Positions 62,850-64,000 of a stretch of DNA of 64,000 nucleotides are shown here, piece after piece (position 1 is the first letter of the stretch; each line of letters starts with the position of its first letter). The stretch is taken from assembly GCF_004010195.1 (NCBI RefSeq), contig NC_057718.1, positions 75,213,859 through 75,277,858 on the forward strand. Direction: 5' to 3'. The notes beneath the pieces were generated by a model. It ran no database searches, was not told the origin of the DNA, and was given only the letters and a program-made list of their open reading frames with translations. Source of the DNA: Chiloscyllium plagiosum. Taxonomy: Eukaryota. The position numbers were made by a program, and so were the translations under genes.

Positions 62850-63610
62850 ATTAATTGGCATCAAATATAATCACAGTACTCAAGCATTTGCATGTTAACT
62901 ATATTATGAGATCCCCAGTGCTTTTAACTGACTGAAACATAGAGTTGATTGGATCAAGTCTCTGCAGTGAGATAACTTGACTAATTCTTTCTGCAGTTTA
63001 TCATACAGTCTATACCATTTTCTATAATCCTATAGCCTGAATATAGCTGCATCTTAAGAAATCAAGCATATGCTTATTTCTGGACAGGTCTTACAGACAT
63101 TAAATGCCAGTCCGCAATTTTTTGATGGTTGCTTATAGTAGTTACCTGACAAAGTTTAGCAGGATGCCCTGCATGCAGTCACTAGTAGTTCCTTACAGCA
63201 AATCATATAGAAAACCCCAAAGTGCTGACTTTCCACTCACTTCAGCTGTAGTGGCATATTGGGAATTTCTCACTGATTCATCCAAAGACCCTCAACATTC
63301 TCAGGATCAAGTATAAATACTCTGGCATCAAACTTGCTGGCTTCTACAAGTTGTCCCACTTGTCCAAAATTAGGTCAACCAAGCTCCCCATTGAAGTGTG
63401 TCATGTTCATGACACTAACCTTTGCAAGCACATCACAGGTTCTACTCAGTGAGATTACCTTTGCATGGATTTCTCCTGATGATCACAACTCACATCAGAA
63501 CCAAGCATGTACATCTTTCTAAGGGTCTCACAAAATTGCTTCAAGTAAAAATTCATGCACGGTTTACTTTCGTAACACCAGAGACCACCAGTCTTCGAAA
63601 TTCCAGTTAA
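62850..63610 (-). pseudogene. Fossil CACTA/EnSpm-type transposase fragment
   Basis: Reverse strand in order: GGLWCYESKPCMNFYLKQFCETL, CDVLAKVSVMNMTHFNGELG*, VSGKSAL..YDLL*GTTSDCMQGILL. These match GLWFG..KP.MN.FL.PF, CD.PAKA...N..QFNG..GC and GVKG.S.L..DYMH..LL as I recall them. Confidence 0.7.
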
Positions 63611-63679
63611 TACAATCCTAACCAACTCACACTCTCCTCATACATCAGTCCTGCCAAATTCGGAGGAATCAATTTGGTG

Positions 63680-64000
63680 AACAAAAACAGAAGTTGTGAG
63701 AAAAACTCAGTAGGTCTGGCTGCATCTGTGGAGAGAAAGCAGAGCTAACATTTCAGGTACACTGACCCTTCTTCAGAACTGATTGCAGCTAGGAAAAGGT
63801 TGGCGGCATGGGGAGGGGGAAGAATAAACAGGAGATGGAAATAGAGGACAAAGAGAGAGATAAACAGTTGGACAGATAAAGGATTAGGAAAGTTCGGCTG
63901 GGAGAATGAATAGCTCCAAATTGGGACTATTAGTAGCAATGGCAATGTGCGATGGCAATCCATGTCATGACAAGGCCTGGTGTGTGGGGTTTTGTAAGGA
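63680..64000 (-). mobile_element. Penelope-like element 3' end (family C pLTR), running off the window
   Basis: pLTR at 63680-63780 followed by a purine-rich 3' UTR. Confidence 0.75.
63747..63776 (-). ncRNA. Minimal hammerhead ribozyme motif (family C)
   Basis: Minus strand AGUU-CUGAAGA-A-GGGU cagugu ACCU-GAAAU-GUU-AGCU. A 4-bp helix I is possible. Confidence 0.6.

Overview
This is eukaryotic genomic DNA, not prokaryotic. The repeat content (HE1-type V-SINEs, SacSINE1/DeuSINE-like SINEs, CR1/HER1-type LINEs, Neptune-type Penelope-like elements) points to a cartilaginous fish, most likely a shark. I can support no intact protein-coding gene, RNA gene or CRISPR array. The window looks like repeat-dense intronic or intergenic sequence, and the recognisable ORFs are transposon fragments or antisense/low-complexity artefacts. 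It holds many CR1-group LINE fragments, seven HE1 SINE copies, several Penelope-like elements (PLEs), two solo LTRs, a hAT MITE and fossil hAT-Buster, CACTA and Harbinger sequences. There are two assembly gaps (37365-37522, 52955-53307). The strongest signal is a set of PLE-derived fold-back (hairpin) elements from at least three sequence families. Most carry a minimal hammerhead ribozyme core with a covarying palindromic helix III and a one-sided 30-40 nt tail, and five have 12-15 bp target-site duplications (TSDs). One element is an inter-family chimera joined at the ribozyme core. Non-repeat candidates are a diverged duplicated exon-like module (31056-31279 / 35593-35815) and an E-box cluster (23360-23665). 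Repeat boundaries were placed by eye and are approximate unless a TSD or terminal inverted repeat (TIR) is quoted. Family names come from recalled consensus motifs, not database searches.
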